This document shows, piece after piece, positions 20,466 to 29,943 of a stretch of DNA of 64,000 bases. The stretch lies in NCBI GenBank assembly GCA_050250375.1, contig JBFWOS010000001.1, positions 830,361-894,360 on the forward strand. The letters run 5' to 3'. Position numbers and translations under genes: made by a program. Source of the DNA: Candidatus Omnitrophota bacterium (lineage in GTDB: Bacteria; Omnitrophota; Gorgyraeia; Zapsychrales; Zapsychraceae). The notes beneath the pieces are model-generated. The model was not told the origin of the DNA. It saw only the letters and a list, made by a program, of their open reading frames with translations, and did not search any database. Each line of letters opens with the position of its first letter. The first letter of the stretch is position 1.

Positions 20466-20562
20466 TTTTCCGAATTATACATCAAAAACCGGGGATGGAC
20501 ATCTGTTTCCCCCATTTTCTGGCCAAATCTAAAAATCCAATCAATTTAAGACAGAATCATTA

Positions 20563-20760
20563 TCATGGTTTATTTTGGAAAAGACCGAAATAAAACAGCA
20601 TTGCGCCAAAGGCGAAGAAAACAGCCACCGAGGACCAAAACATCATTGATTGTTCGTCCCGTGAATAACACCGGCCCTTGCAATAAATCTTACCTTGACG
20701 GATTCCGTATCCGGCGGCGGCAAAAAAAGCCGTACCCATTAATAATAAAAGTATCCTCAT
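20563..20760 (-). CDS. small membrane protein, hypothetical
   Basis: Start at MRILLLLMG chosen to remove the overlap with the GST gene; two hydrophobic helices. Confidence 0.3.
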   Translation of the reverse strand: MRILLLLMGTAFFAAAGYGIRQGKIYCKGRCYSRDEQSMMFWSSVAVFFAFGAMLFYFGLFQNKP

Positions 20761-20773
20761 GTTATCCCTTAAA

Positions 20774-21370
20774 TCACGCGACAGGAATTGTCTGCTGGAA
20801 ACTCTCACGCTGGCTGACCTGGTCAAACCACCGCAGCAGGTTTTTACAACCCTTCTGGGGCCAGAGATGTCCCTGACGGAATTTGACATATCCAAGCGCG
20901 CAGACGACCGATATTGAAGCCATGTTAAACTTCTCTAACAGGGCCAGCTGTTTGTCAAAATATTCAATGGTTCTGATGATGGCGGCCTCTTTGCCCTGAA
21001 TAAATGACTGGTTGAAATCATCCGGATGCAGGACGGCTTTTTCATAATACGTGGCCACGGTTATATCGGCCAGCCCTTTAGCGATCGTATCAAGATTAAG
21101 CACATCCAGCCTTTTTTTGGGATTGGCCGGAATCAGGACCGGGCTTTTCTTCAATCCATCCAGATATTCACAGATCAGCGAACTGTCGCAAACCGCTCTC
21201 TGGTCATCCAGGATTAATGTCGGAATCTTCCCGAGCGGATTGTGGCCGGTCAACTGAGAAGATTTATTCGTCAAGTCTTCAGGGATAAGTTCCAGTTTAA
21301 TTTTTTTCTCAAGGGCCACAACCAGCACTTTGCGGGCGTAGGGCGACCGTTTTGTATATAACAATTTCAT
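20774..21370 (-). CDS. glutathione S-transferase family protein
   Basis: N-terminal thioredoxin-like MKLLYTKRSPYARKV with a GST C-terminal helical domain. Confidence 0.65.
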   Translation of the reverse strand: MKLLYTKRSPYARKVLVVALEKKIKLELIPEDLTNKSSQLTGHNPLGKIPTLILDDQRAVCDSSLICEYLDGLKKSPVLIPANPKKRLDVLNLDTIAKGLADITVATYYEKAVLHPDDFNQSFIQGKEAAIIRTIEYFDKQLALLEKFNMASISVVCALGYVKFRQGHLWPQKGCKNLLRWFDQVSQRESFQQTIPVA

Positions 21371-21384
21371 GATTGAACCCCGGT

Positions 21385-21783
21385 TTAATATTGAAGATAG
21401 TGGACTTTTCTGATCTGGTTGTTTTCATCGTATTCGATGGTAACCAGTTCCTCGGTCTGGACAAAATCTTCCAGAGGAGTCCCGATCAGTTCCCATAACC
21501 CGAGCGTACCGACATCCAGGGCCGTATAAACACCGGCCCGGGTGACACCCCAGCCCCGGCTGTTACGCTGAAGTTTGTATTCGTCGATAATGACGTTTCC
21601 TTTGGCCTGGCTGGATATGGGTTGTCCCAACTGACTGATGACAAAGTTCCGGTCCCGTCCGTAAGCCAGGATCGTCCCTTTGTTGGTGCTGTTGATGGTC
21701 GCGGCTTTTCTCACAGAACATCCGCTCAAAAGCCCGACAACCAGAAACAAACCGATCAGATAATAATTATTTTTTAACGACAT
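21385..21783 (-). CDS. lipoprotein, hypothetical
   Basis: Signal peptide ending in the lipobox LLSGCS. Confidence 0.5.
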   Translation of the reverse strand: MSLKNNYYLIGLFLVVGLLSGCSVRKAATINSTNKGTILAYGRDRNFVISQLGQPISSQAKGNVIIDEYKLQRNSRGWGVTRAGVYTALDVGTLGLWELIGTPLEDFVQTEELVTIEYDENNQIRKVHYLQY

Positions 21784-21897
21784 GTTTTACTCCTTCATTT
21801 TTCTTCATCCCTGAAAAGGAATGCCGAGGTCCGCCTTCGGCGGGATCTCACCGATGCAAAGCATCGGCGGATCCGCCATCAATAATGACGGCCTTTT

Positions 21898-22455
21898 TTA
21901 CATCTCATTGATCATTTCGCTTAAAACAAACAGATACCAAAGATTTCCGCCGATATGTGTTCCGTTCGCGTGTTCATCCAGCAAGTATTGCTTCATATCC
22001 TTTCTCGGGACAAGGACGACTTCAATATCTTCACTGGGTTCAAGCGCCTGCCGGGGCGTTTTATTTTCTTCCAGATGTTCATCGACCTCAATATAAACCG
22101 TCATCCCGCTGTCATTGACAATCCCGGAATTCGTTTTCATGACCGGGCTGGCATGTTTGATGCGGCCGGTGTATCCTGTCTCTTCTTTCAGTTCAACCAG
22201 GGCATGTTCCGGATCACCATCGGCAATCCCCGCCGGAAACCCGATCACGTAACCGTTGATGGCCGGACGAAATTGTTTGACCAGAATAAACCGGCCTGAA
22301 GGCACCAGCCGGGCGATCGCGACGACACCGACCCAAGGTTTTCGGCGTTTAACGCTTTCCCATACAACTGTTTCGCCATGTTTGTTTTCATATACGCTCT
22401 CAACAAGCGTCAGCCAGTGGCCCTGATATAAATCTTTTTGTGAAATCTGCTTCAT
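21898..22455 (-). CDS. NUDIX hydrolase
   Basis: Nudix box GIADGDPEHALVELKEETGY. Confidence 0.7.
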   Translation of the reverse strand: MKQISQKDLYQGHWLTLVESVYENKHGETVVWESVKRRKPWVGVVAIARLVPSGRFILVKQFRPAINGYVIGFPAGIADGDPEHALVELKEETGYTGRIKHASPVMKTNSGIVNDSGMTVYIEVDEHLEENKTPRQALEPSEDIEVVLVPRKDMKQYLLDEHANGTHIGGNLWYLFVLSEMINEM

Positions 22456-22585
22456 CGGAGGTGTATTTTCTTTTCAATTTTATCACACAACTATATCTTA
22501 TTATCTAATTATTTAGTACGACATCAAGCAAATTCATATAATCATGGAAAGAGTTGGATTCCAGGTCTTTTAGGGAGAAATACTG

Positions 22586-23557
22586 TTATTTTCTGGCTAG
22601 AAAAATGCCGCGTTTCGGGGCCGGATAACCTTCAACCGTCAAATCGTGATTATTTGGGTCAAGAAAATCTGAAAGGGACTGATCGCCGATCCAATTCGTA
22701 ACGCGCTGTTCTTGCGAAGTAGTTTTGGTGACATCCACCAGACGGACATCTTTAAGTCCGGCCCGTTTCATCCAAATTTCCAGGATCCCGGGTGACGGGA
22801 TAAACCACACGTTCGACATCCGCGCGTAACGGTCCTGCGGGGTCAGCACTTCCCCCTGCTCATTATCAATGACCAGGGTTTCCAGGACAAGTTCTCCGCC
22901 TTCTTTCAGAAATGATTTTAACTGGAACAAATGATTAATCGGGGAACGCCGGTGATACAAAAGTCCCATTGAGAAAACCGTATCAAAATAATCGAATTGA
23001 CGCGGTAAATCGTCCACACTCAAAGGGAAAACAGCCACAGACGGCAGGGCGACATATTTCTGGATGCTTAAGAATTGCATCACATAATACATCGTCGGAT
23101 CAATCCCGACTACCATCTTCGCTCCTTCAGCCGCCATCCGCCAGCCGTGATATCCGTTCCCGCAGCCGACATCAAGCACATACCGTCCGCGCAAAGGTGT
23201 AATATGCGGGATGACCCGGTCCCATTTTAAATCCGAACGCCATTCCGCGTCGATTTCCACTCCGAACAGATTATACGGCCCTTTTCTCCACGGGTGCAGC
23301 TGACGCAGGAGTAATTCCATAGTCTGCCGGGAAGCCTCATCACAATCTTCAGGACAGCCGATCTGGATAGACGGGGCATTTAAATTCAGTTTTGACGGTT
23401 TGATATCGGGCAGCTGATCAATCACGCTCAGCCATTTGGGAAGGTCGCCCCAGTATTGAAAATCAAAACTCGTTTCAACCTGCCGGGACAGGCTCTCTGC
23501 CCACGACGATAAGCGGGAAGTCTGGATTAACTGGAACGTCTGCTCATAAAAGTTCAT
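22586..23557 (-). CDS. cmoB: tRNA U34 carboxymethyltransferase
   Basis: 323 aa with the typical CmoB N-terminus and a class I methyltransferase fold (VLDVGCGNGYH), immediately downstream of cmoA with a 4 nt overlap. Confidence 0.8.
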   Translation of the reverse strand: MNFYEQTFQLIQTSRLSSWAESLSRQVETSFDFQYWGDLPKWLSVIDQLPDIKPSKLNLNAPSIQIGCPEDCDEASRQTMELLLRQLHPWRKGPYNLFGVEIDAEWRSDLKWDRVIPHITPLRGRYVLDVGCGNGYHGWRMAAEGAKMVVGIDPTMYYVMQFLSIQKYVALPSVAVFPLSVDDLPRQFDYFDTVFSMGLLYHRRSPINHLFQLKSFLKEGGELVLETLVIDNEQGEVLTPQDRYARMSNVWFIPSPGILEIWMKRAGLKDVRLVDVTKTTSQEQRVTNWIGDQSLSDFLDPNNHDLTVEGYPAPKRGIFLARK

Positions 23558-24291
23558 TTGAAGGCGATCATTGAGACAAAATTAAAACAACGGAACCAGA
23601 CATGGGCGTGCTTAAAACCGGCTTGTTGAATTCTCTCCAGGTGCACCTCCAGTGTGTCCGGAACAAGCACGTTTTCAAGGGCCGTGCGTTTCTGGGAGAT
23701 TTCCAATTCACTGTAACCGTTGAGTTTTTTAAAGGAATGATGCAGTTCGGTCTGGACTTTTTGTTCTTCGGGATCCGTAAAATCAATCTTTTCCGAAATG
23801 ACCAGGACTCCTCCGGGTAAAAGTCCGTCGTAAATCCTCCGGATCAAGGATGCCCTGTGATCGGGACTGATAAATTGCAGGGTAAAATTTATAGCCGCAA
23901 ACGAAGCGTTTTCGATCGGGGTTTCAACAATATCCCCGCAGATGATCTCAACCGGGACCGTCAAATTGCTGCGGACAATGTTCTGCCGGCATTTGCCCAC
24001 CATCGCCTCGGAATTGTCGACCGCGATAATCTTGACGTTTTCTTTTTGAATGAACCGGCGCATGGCCAGTGTCCCCGCCCCCAGCGAACAGCCAAGATCA
24101 TAACAAAGGCTGTCGGCTTGGGTATACTGCCCGGCCAGGACACCCACCATGTGGATGATCGACCCGTATCCGGGGACACTTCTTCGGATCATATCATCGA
24201 AGACATTGGCGACCTGTTCATCAAACACAAAGTCCCCGATATAAGCCTGCGGCTGGGCGTACAATGAATCTTTGGATTGCTCCGGCATCAT
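23554..24291 (-). CDS. cmoA: carboxy-S-adenosyl-L-methionine synthase
   Basis: 245 aa with a SAM-binding motif DLGCSLG and the CmoA-like N-terminus. Confidence 0.8.
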   Translation of the reverse strand: MMPEQSKDSLYAQPQAYIGDFVFDEQVANVFDDMIRRSVPGYGSIIHMVGVLAGQYTQADSLCYDLGCSLGAGTLAMRRFIQKENVKIIAVDNSEAMVGKCRQNIVRSNLTVPVEIICGDIVETPIENASFAAINFTLQFISPDHRASLIRRIYDGLLPGGVLVISEKIDFTDPEEQKVQTELHHSFKKLNGYSELEISQKRTALENVLVPDTLEVHLERIQQAGFKHAHVWFRCFNFVSMIAFK

Positions 24292-24360
24292 GGATTTTTC
24301 CTTTTGTCCATTCCTTAAAGAAACGTATTATAGGCAATTTTTAATTTTATTTCTACTGAT

Positions 24361-25386
24361 TTAAAATAAATGGATGGAACGGCCGATTTTTTTCTGCCGG
24401 GCCGTCTGGTAGACAAGGTGGGCGACCGCCGCATCTTGAATGGCTAGACCGGTTGAATCAAAGACCGTAACTTTTTTCGCGTTTCTGACAAATTTCTTTT
24501 TGCCGGCTACGATCTCTCCCAGATGGGCAAAAATTTTTCTCTTTGTGATCAAACCTTTTTTAAGAGGAACATTAATCTCTCCACTGTGAGAAGCCTGCTC
24601 CCAATCATCAATGACCACAGTCCCTTGCTGCAAAATTCTGGGATCCAATTCCTCTTTCCCGGCGGCGTCAGCGCCCATAGCGTTGATATGCGCCCCCGGT
24701 TTGACCCATGGATAAAAAACGATCGGTTTACGCACCGGGGTTGTGGTCACAATGATATCCGCTGATTCGACACACTCTTTAATTTGGGTTGATTGGATCA
24801 TCGCCTCCCCTTTGATTTTCATCCGTTTTATAAAGGCTGAACTCAAACCCGGCAGATGCCCCCAAACACGCACTTCCTTGACGGGAAAAACACAACGAAG
24901 CATCTGCAATTGCGTCACCGCCTGGACACCGCAGCCAACAAGACTGACAACACTGGATTTCTTATCAGCCAGGTATTTCGCCGCGACCGCGCCGGCCGCG
25001 CCGGTTCGCACGGCTGTCAGATACGTCGCGTCCATGATACTTAATGGAAAACCCGTTTTCGGATCATTCAAGATCAACACCGCCATCACGGCCGGCAATC
25101 CGATCTTCGGATTATCCGGATGCGCATTAACCCATTTTAAAACACAGCTCTGCGGATGTTCAATATAAGCCGGCATGGCCCTGAAGTCGCCCTTATATTT
25201 TTTGAGATCAAGATAAACCTTCGGCGGCATCAGCACTTTCTTAAGACCGTACTGCCGGAACACGGCCTGCACCGCGTCAATAGCGCTCTTAAGATGGATC
25301 GTTTTTTCAATATCGCGTCTGGTAAGAATTAATGTGCTTGAGAATTTTTCAGACATTTGGATTATAGGATTTGTTTTTGGGAACAA
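24361..25386 (-). CDS. ornithine cyclodeaminase/mu-crystallin family protein
   Basis: Rossmann motif LVGCGVQA and overall OCD/mu-crystallin architecture. Confidence 0.65.
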   Translation of the reverse strand: MFPKTNPIIQMSEKFSSTLILTRRDIEKTIHLKSAIDAVQAVFRQYGLKKVLMPPKVYLDLKKYKGDFRAMPAYIEHPQSCVLKWVNAHPDNPKIGLPAVMAVLILNDPKTGFPLSIMDATYLTAVRTGAAGAVAAKYLADKKSSVVSLVGCGVQAVTQLQMLRCVFPVKEVRVWGHLPGLSSAFIKRMKIKGEAMIQSTQIKECVESADIIVTTTPVRKPIVFYPWVKPGAHINAMGADAAGKEELDPRILQQGTVVIDDWEQASHSGEINVPLKKGLITKRKIFAHLGEIVAGKKKFVRNAKKVTVFDSTGLAIQDAAVAHLVYQTARQKKIGRSIHLF

Positions 25387-25750
25387 TCATGAACATAATG
25401 ATATAAGCAATAATACCGATCCCGCCGGCAAACGCTCCGACCAGGAATAAGACACGAAAAATAACAGGGTCAATATCAAAATACTGCCCCAGCCCTGCGC
25501 AGACTCCGGCCATTTTCTTATCGTTCTCAGCCAGATAAAGTCTCCGGATTTGACCCGATAATTCCATCTGGTTATTCAACGGCACAATCACCCACATGAT
25601 GATATAAACAAGAAATCCGATCCCGAAACCAATGATGAGGATGAGAAAAATAATACGGAAGAAAACAGGGTCGACCAGAAAATATTCGCCCAACCCGCTG
25701 CATACGCCGGCGATCTTATGTTCTTTTCTAATACGGTATAATTTCTTCAT
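25349..25750 (-). CDS. PspC-domain membrane protein (two PspC repeats)
   Basis: Two repeats of AGVCSGLGEYF / AGVCAGLGQYF, each followed by a TM helix. Confidence 0.6.
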   Translation of the reverse strand: MKKLYRIRKEHKIAGVCSGLGEYFLVDPVFFRIIFLILIIGFGIGFLVYIIMWVIVPLNNQMELSGQIRRLYLAENDKKMAGVCAGLGQYFDIDPVIFRVLFLVGAFAGGIGIIAYIIMFMIVPKNKSYNPNV

Positions 25751-25814
25751 CACACTATACTCTAATTTAATTATAGCATAGCATAATATCAAATTTTTCC
25801 AGGCAATATGTGGA

Positions 25815-26285
25815 TTATAATTTGGCCTGATGGATGGCTTTGGCTTCAAAATTTCTCAGCCGTCTTAACTCGCTGTAAAGAATACTGCGGGCCGGATGTT
25901 TTCCGCCATGGTGGTCAATGACCATAACCGGTTCACCTGCGGTGGTAAAACTGGCGAACTGGTCAATAAACTGTTCCGTGCTGGTCACGCTAGTTCCGAC
26001 TGAATTATATTTTACATTAAGGTACTGGGCGGCCTGAAGCGACGTATATTCCTGGCCTGAACGGATGATTTTGAAATTCGACTGCTTGACCAGATGGATT
26101 AAATATCGTATTTCACCAGCGTTAGCCGACTGGCTGGCCTTGTAAATCTTGTACGCCTCCGATTGCTCGATTTGCCCGTTGTTCGATAAAATTTCATGAT
26201 TCTCATCTCCGGAAACAGGCCTTACCAATAAAGTCAGAATAGACAGCAGCATAAACAACACGATCGCGATGATACGTTTTAACAT
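25815..26285 (-). CDS. secreted hypothetical protein
   Basis: Signal peptide; GGAGG ribosome-binding site 6 nt upstream. No family recognised. Confidence 0.5.
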   Translation of the reverse strand: MLKRIIAIVLFMLLSILTLLVRPVSGDENHEILSNNGQIEQSEAYKIYKASQSANAGEIRYLIHLVKQSNFKIIRSGQEYTSLQAAQYLNVKYNSVGTSVTSTEQFIDQFASFTTAGEPVMVIDHHGGKHPARSILYSELRRLRNFEAKAIHQAKL

Positions 26286-26302
26286 CCTCTCCCCCTCCCA
26301 AT

Positions 26303-26338
26303 AAAAAAGAGCCTATCCTTAATCAGAATAGACTCCTC
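26303..26338 (-). terminator. intrinsic terminator/attenuator hairpin just upstream of the RBS of the 25815..26285 gene
   Basis: On the minus strand, an 8 bp stem (GAGUCUAU/AUAGGCUC, one mismatch) with an 11 nt loop, followed by UUUUUUAUU and then GGGAGGGGGAGAGG-ATG. Confidence 0.45.
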
Positions 26339-26339
26339 T

Positions 26340-26600
26340 ACCTGTACAATAAATGTACACTGCTCCATTCGGTAGCTAGGCTATCCTTTAAAGGACCCTT
26401 GGCTTTGCCGGCCCCCTATCTAGGAGGCCGCCTGATATCCGTGGATACCAGGGTCCCTGAGTTTCCTCAGGTTTGCCGTTTCGTGGTTATCTCAAAAACC
26501 TATACTAAGTATAATCGGTCAAGTCGGGTAATGCCAATTTATTTCAGCACGCCTGTTAATGGCTGGGACATAACCGCTTTAGAATAACAAATACACAGCC
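26340..26600 (-). promoter_or_regulatory. structured 5' leader, candidate c-di-GMP-I (GEMM)-like riboswitch
   Basis: Minus-strand RNA contains CGGCAAACC-UGAG-GAAA-CUCA-GGGACC (GGCAAACC, a GNRA-capped hairpin, then GGGAC), a further GGCAAAGCCAAGGGUCC, and several hairpins. It ends in the terminator above. Confidence 0.35.
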
Positions 26601-26624
26601 GCCTTGTCCAGCCACTCATCGGAA

Positions 26625-27647
26625 TTATTTCGTCTCCCGTTCAACCCGGTTGACAATCCCGCGTAACAACCGGCCCAGAATATCCGCCCCGGTTATAATG
26701 CGCTTTTCTTTTTTCCAATACAAAATCAAATCATCATCAATAACATCATCTTCTTTATGTTCCGCCCTGACTTTAAATTTAAAGATAACCTCCCCTAACA
26801 TGGTGCCGGGTTTATTGATTAAAATAGGCCGGTGACAATACATGAGGATACTTTTGCCCTCTTTGGAATACATGATGTCCCGCAAAAAACCGTCAGAATT
26901 GAGAACTACCATCGGTTTATGTTTTAAGTCAGTAATAATCACCCACTTCTTGCCGGACGCATAAATTTTTTGCAAAAACGGATCATTCGGCTCGCGTTTG
27001 AAGTCCGGAAACACCGGGAGTCCTTTTTCGTTGGATTCCAGGGCGATAATGCTTAATGGGTCGATGATTTCCCCCTCATCCCTCAACTTGACATCATCCA
27101 GTTCAAAAAAATTCATCGCCCCCTGGGTTTCCAGGAGTTCAATGTCTGTGTGTCCGGAATGGACATGACGTTTAAGCATATGCACGATTTCTTTTTCCTG
27201 GAAGTACGCAATCTCCTCTTTGCCCAGCAGTGAATCCAGCAGTTTGGCCGTCGGTTTGGCCAGCGGATATAACAGAAACTGATAAAAACGGACGATCGGG
27301 ACTAGGATAAAACTGGATTTTAACGCGTGCCGGGCCAGGTACGCCTGGGGGAAGATTTCTCCCAATATGGTGATGACAAAGGTCGAAAAAATAAAAGCAC
27401 CGATACCCGATAAAACTGATTCAGAAAGCAACGCCAACAACACATTCACCGAGACATTGCCCCATAACAGGGTGGCTAATAAAAAATGCGCGTCCTTGCG
27501 TAAATTCAATATCCGCAGTGCGTCCTTATTACCCAGGTCAGCCTGTATTTCAAGACGAAGCCGGCTGACCCCGAAACAACCGAGGTTTAATCCGGAAAAA
27601 ATCCCCGAATGCAACAAACAAACCAATATCCCGATCCATTGAATCAT
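26625..27647 (-). CDS. CNNM/HlyC-CorC family transporter (DUF21 + CBS pair + CorC_HlyC)
   Basis: N-terminal DUF21-type TM domain followed by a CBS pair and a C-terminal transporter-associated domain. Confidence 0.7.
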   Translation of the reverse strand: MIQWIGILVCLLHSGIFSGLNLGCFGVSRLRLEIQADLGNKDALRILNLRKDAHFLLATLLWGNVSVNVLLALLSESVLSGIGAFIFSTFVITILGEIFPQAYLARHALKSSFILVPIVRFYQFLLYPLAKPTAKLLDSLLGKEEIAYFQEKEIVHMLKRHVHSGHTDIELLETQGAMNFFELDDVKLRDEGEIIDPLSIIALESNEKGLPVFPDFKREPNDPFLQKIYASGKKWVIITDLKHKPMVVLNSDGFLRDIMYSKEGKSILMYCHRPILINKPGTMLGEVIFKFKVRAEHKEDDVIDDDLILYWKKEKRIITGADILGRLLRGIVNRVERETK

Positions 27648-27680
27648 AACTCTCCTTATATTTTAAAGTTAGTAATTAAA

Positions 27681-29135
27681 TTATAATAGCGGAGCCAGTA
27701 ACCTGGCCAATGAATTCCGTAACTTCACCGCTTCACTCAATTTTCCATAATCGCTCAAATTAAATTCGCGGGAAGCCGATAAATCTTTTTTGAAATCCTC
27801 CTCCAGCTGTGCGGCACATTTTAGATCATAAATCAGCATATTCAGTTCATAATTCAGATGAAAACTGCGCACATCCATATTCGCGGTTCCCACGGAACAT
27901 ATTTCAGAATCAATCATGATCGTTTTGGCGTGCATGAATCCCGCCTGATAATGATAGATCCTGACACCGGCCAGCAACAAATCCTTGAAATAAGAAAATG
28001 CGGACCAGTATGGCAATTTTTTATCAGGAACACCGGCAATAATAATCCGGACATCCAGGCCGCTCAGGGCCGCTGTTTTTAGCGCCGTATGGACACTGAC
28101 ATCCGGAATAAAATACGGCGACTGGATATAAACCTTTTTTTCCGCCAGGGTAATCAGTGTAAAATAAAGCTGTTTGATGGAGGGCCACTGTGAATCAGGC
28201 CCGGAAGTCGATACCTGCACCGCCAACATTTCCTCCTCCCGGATGACCCGGGGAAAATATTTTTGGCCGAACAATTCCTGCCCGGTGGTGTTAAACCAGC
28301 TGGTGGCAAAGACCCCCTGAAGGACAGACACGGTTTCGCCTTCAATCCTAAGATGGGTGTCCCTCCATTCCTTAAAGTGCTTTCCGCCATTGATATATTC
28401 CTCCCCCATATTCATTCCGCCGGTATATCCCATCTTCCCATCAATAATAACAATTTTCCGGTGATTGCGGTAATTGAGGGTATGAATTTTCCATGGAGAA
28501 AGAAAATTAAAATACGGGTATATCTGGACCCCCGCGTCGCGAAGCTCTTTTAGGTAACTCTTCTTAATAAAGATACTGCCGATCGCATCGTAGAGGATCC
28601 TCACCTCAATTCCTTCCGAAACCTTTTTGATCAGAATGCTTTTGATTTCCTGCGTGAGGCTGTCGACCCGCCAGATAAAATATTCCATATGGATAAATTC
28701 TTTGGCATTCCTAAGATCCTCCATAAGAACAGGAAACTTCGAACTTCCATTTTGAAGGATCTGGATTTTATTTGTCGTCGTCAAAATAGAGTTTGAATTC
28801 TTGGACAGCAAATGAAAAAGTTTCTTTTTGTGGACCAGTCCGACCTGTTCCTCAAGTCTCCTGAGTTCATCTTTCTGGCGGTTTATTAACGGCGCGAGGG
28901 TGTCGGCCAATTTTTTCTCCAGGAACTGCTTGGCCAGTCGTTCGTTCTTGTCGATCCGGCGCCAGTTTCGTCCTATAAAAATATAAATGATCACTCCGAT
29001 CACCGGCAGCAGGATAAAGACAAGCACCCACGCTAACGTTGAGGACGGCTCACGATTATCCAGAAGCAGGAGGATAATCGTTACGACCACATAAATATGA
29101 AAACAAACAACCAGCACAGGGATCAGATGTTCCAT
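27681..29135 (-). CDS. cls: cardiolipin synthase
   Basis: Two HKD motifs (NHRKIVIIDGK...GGMN and MHAKTIMIDSE...GTANMD) after two N-terminal TM helices. Confidence 0.85.
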   Translation of the reverse strand: MEHLIPVLVVCFHIYVVVTIILLLLDNREPSSTLAWVLVFILLPVIGVIIYIFIGRNWRRIDKNERLAKQFLEKKLADTLAPLINRQKDELRRLEEQVGLVHKKKLFHLLSKNSNSILTTTNKIQILQNGSSKFPVLMEDLRNAKEFIHMEYFIWRVDSLTQEIKSILIKKVSEGIEVRILYDAIGSIFIKKSYLKELRDAGVQIYPYFNFLSPWKIHTLNYRNHRKIVIIDGKMGYTGGMNMGEEYINGGKHFKEWRDTHLRIEGETVSVLQGVFATSWFNTTGQELFGQKYFPRVIREEEMLAVQVSTSGPDSQWPSIKQLYFTLITLAEKKVYIQSPYFIPDVSVHTALKTAALSGLDVRIIIAGVPDKKLPYWSAFSYFKDLLLAGVRIYHYQAGFMHAKTIMIDSEICSVGTANMDVRSFHLNYELNMLIYDLKCAAQLEEDFKKDLSASREFNLSDYGKLSEAVKLRNSLARLLAPLL

Positions 29136-29138
29136 CGT

Positions 29139-29933
29139 TTATATTTCCATTTCCAGTTCAGCCCAGATTGGAAAATGGTCGCTGGGTTTCTTGGACTGAA
29201 CCTTATCCGTTTCCACCATCCGCAGACCTTTTGTAAAAATATGATCCAGGGACGTTTTTTTATTCAGGATATACCAATGTTTATAAGACCACGCGATATT
29301 CTTCGTTGCCAGGTCAAATCCGCTATGAATAAAAGGATCTATCGTGGCAAAGTAATTTTTCTTCGTCAATGTGTTGAAATCCCCCCCGATAATACAGTGT
29401 CTGACCGTTTCCGGGATGGCGCTGATAATCGATTTCATCTGGCGGGTGCGCAATTCGGTCTTCAACCAGACTCCCATATGGATGCTGATCGCCAGGATTT
29501 TGGTATCGCCGATCGTAATGCCGGCCAGGACAGCGATTCTCTGGAGTTTGTTCATTTCCACATGCGGGAGGATCAGCTTTTGATGATCCGTGATCGGCCA
29601 TTTTGAAAGGATGGCGTTGCCGAAATCACGTCCGTGATTGGGATGTTTAACCGCCGGATAATAGACGAAATTATACTGCAGCTCATCGGAAATATGCCTG
29701 ACCCCGTCCGCATCCATTTCTTGCAGCAGCACGATATCCGCGTGATTCAAATTGGGATGGTTTTTGATCAGCTCAACGGCATGTTTAACTTTCTTGGCGA
29801 ACTGAATATTATACGTAAATACGCGGATCTTCCCGGTCGGTTTTTGCTGTGTTTTGTAATCCAGGTGTAGATACTGCGGCTCGGACGGGTGAGTGTAATT
29901 TCTTTTCTTATTGTTCAAATGTATAAATCGCAC
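29139..29933 (-). CDS. endonuclease/exonuclease/phosphatase (EEP) family protein
   Basis: IVLLQEMD..., GGDFNT and SDHFPIWAEL motifs typical of the EEP fold. Confidence 0.65.
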   Translation of the reverse strand: MRFIHLNNKKRNYTHPSEPQYLHLDYKTQQKPTGKIRVFTYNIQFAKKVKHAVELIKNHPNLNHADIVLLQEMDADGVRHISDELQYNFVYYPAVKHPNHGRDFGNAILSKWPITDHQKLILPHVEMNKLQRIAVLAGITIGDTKILAISIHMGVWLKTELRTRQMKSIISAIPETVRHCIIGGDFNTLTKKNYFATIDPFIHSGFDLATKNIAWSYKHWYILNKKTSLDHIFTKGLRMVETDKVQSKKPSDHFPIWAELEMEI

Positions 29934-29943
29934 AGACGAACCT

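Noticed and set aside
26399-26587. 62-aa plus-strand ORF in the 26.3-26.6 kb intergenic region
   Set aside because: It lies between two minus-strand genes with no RBS. The region is better explained as a structured RNA leader with a terminator.
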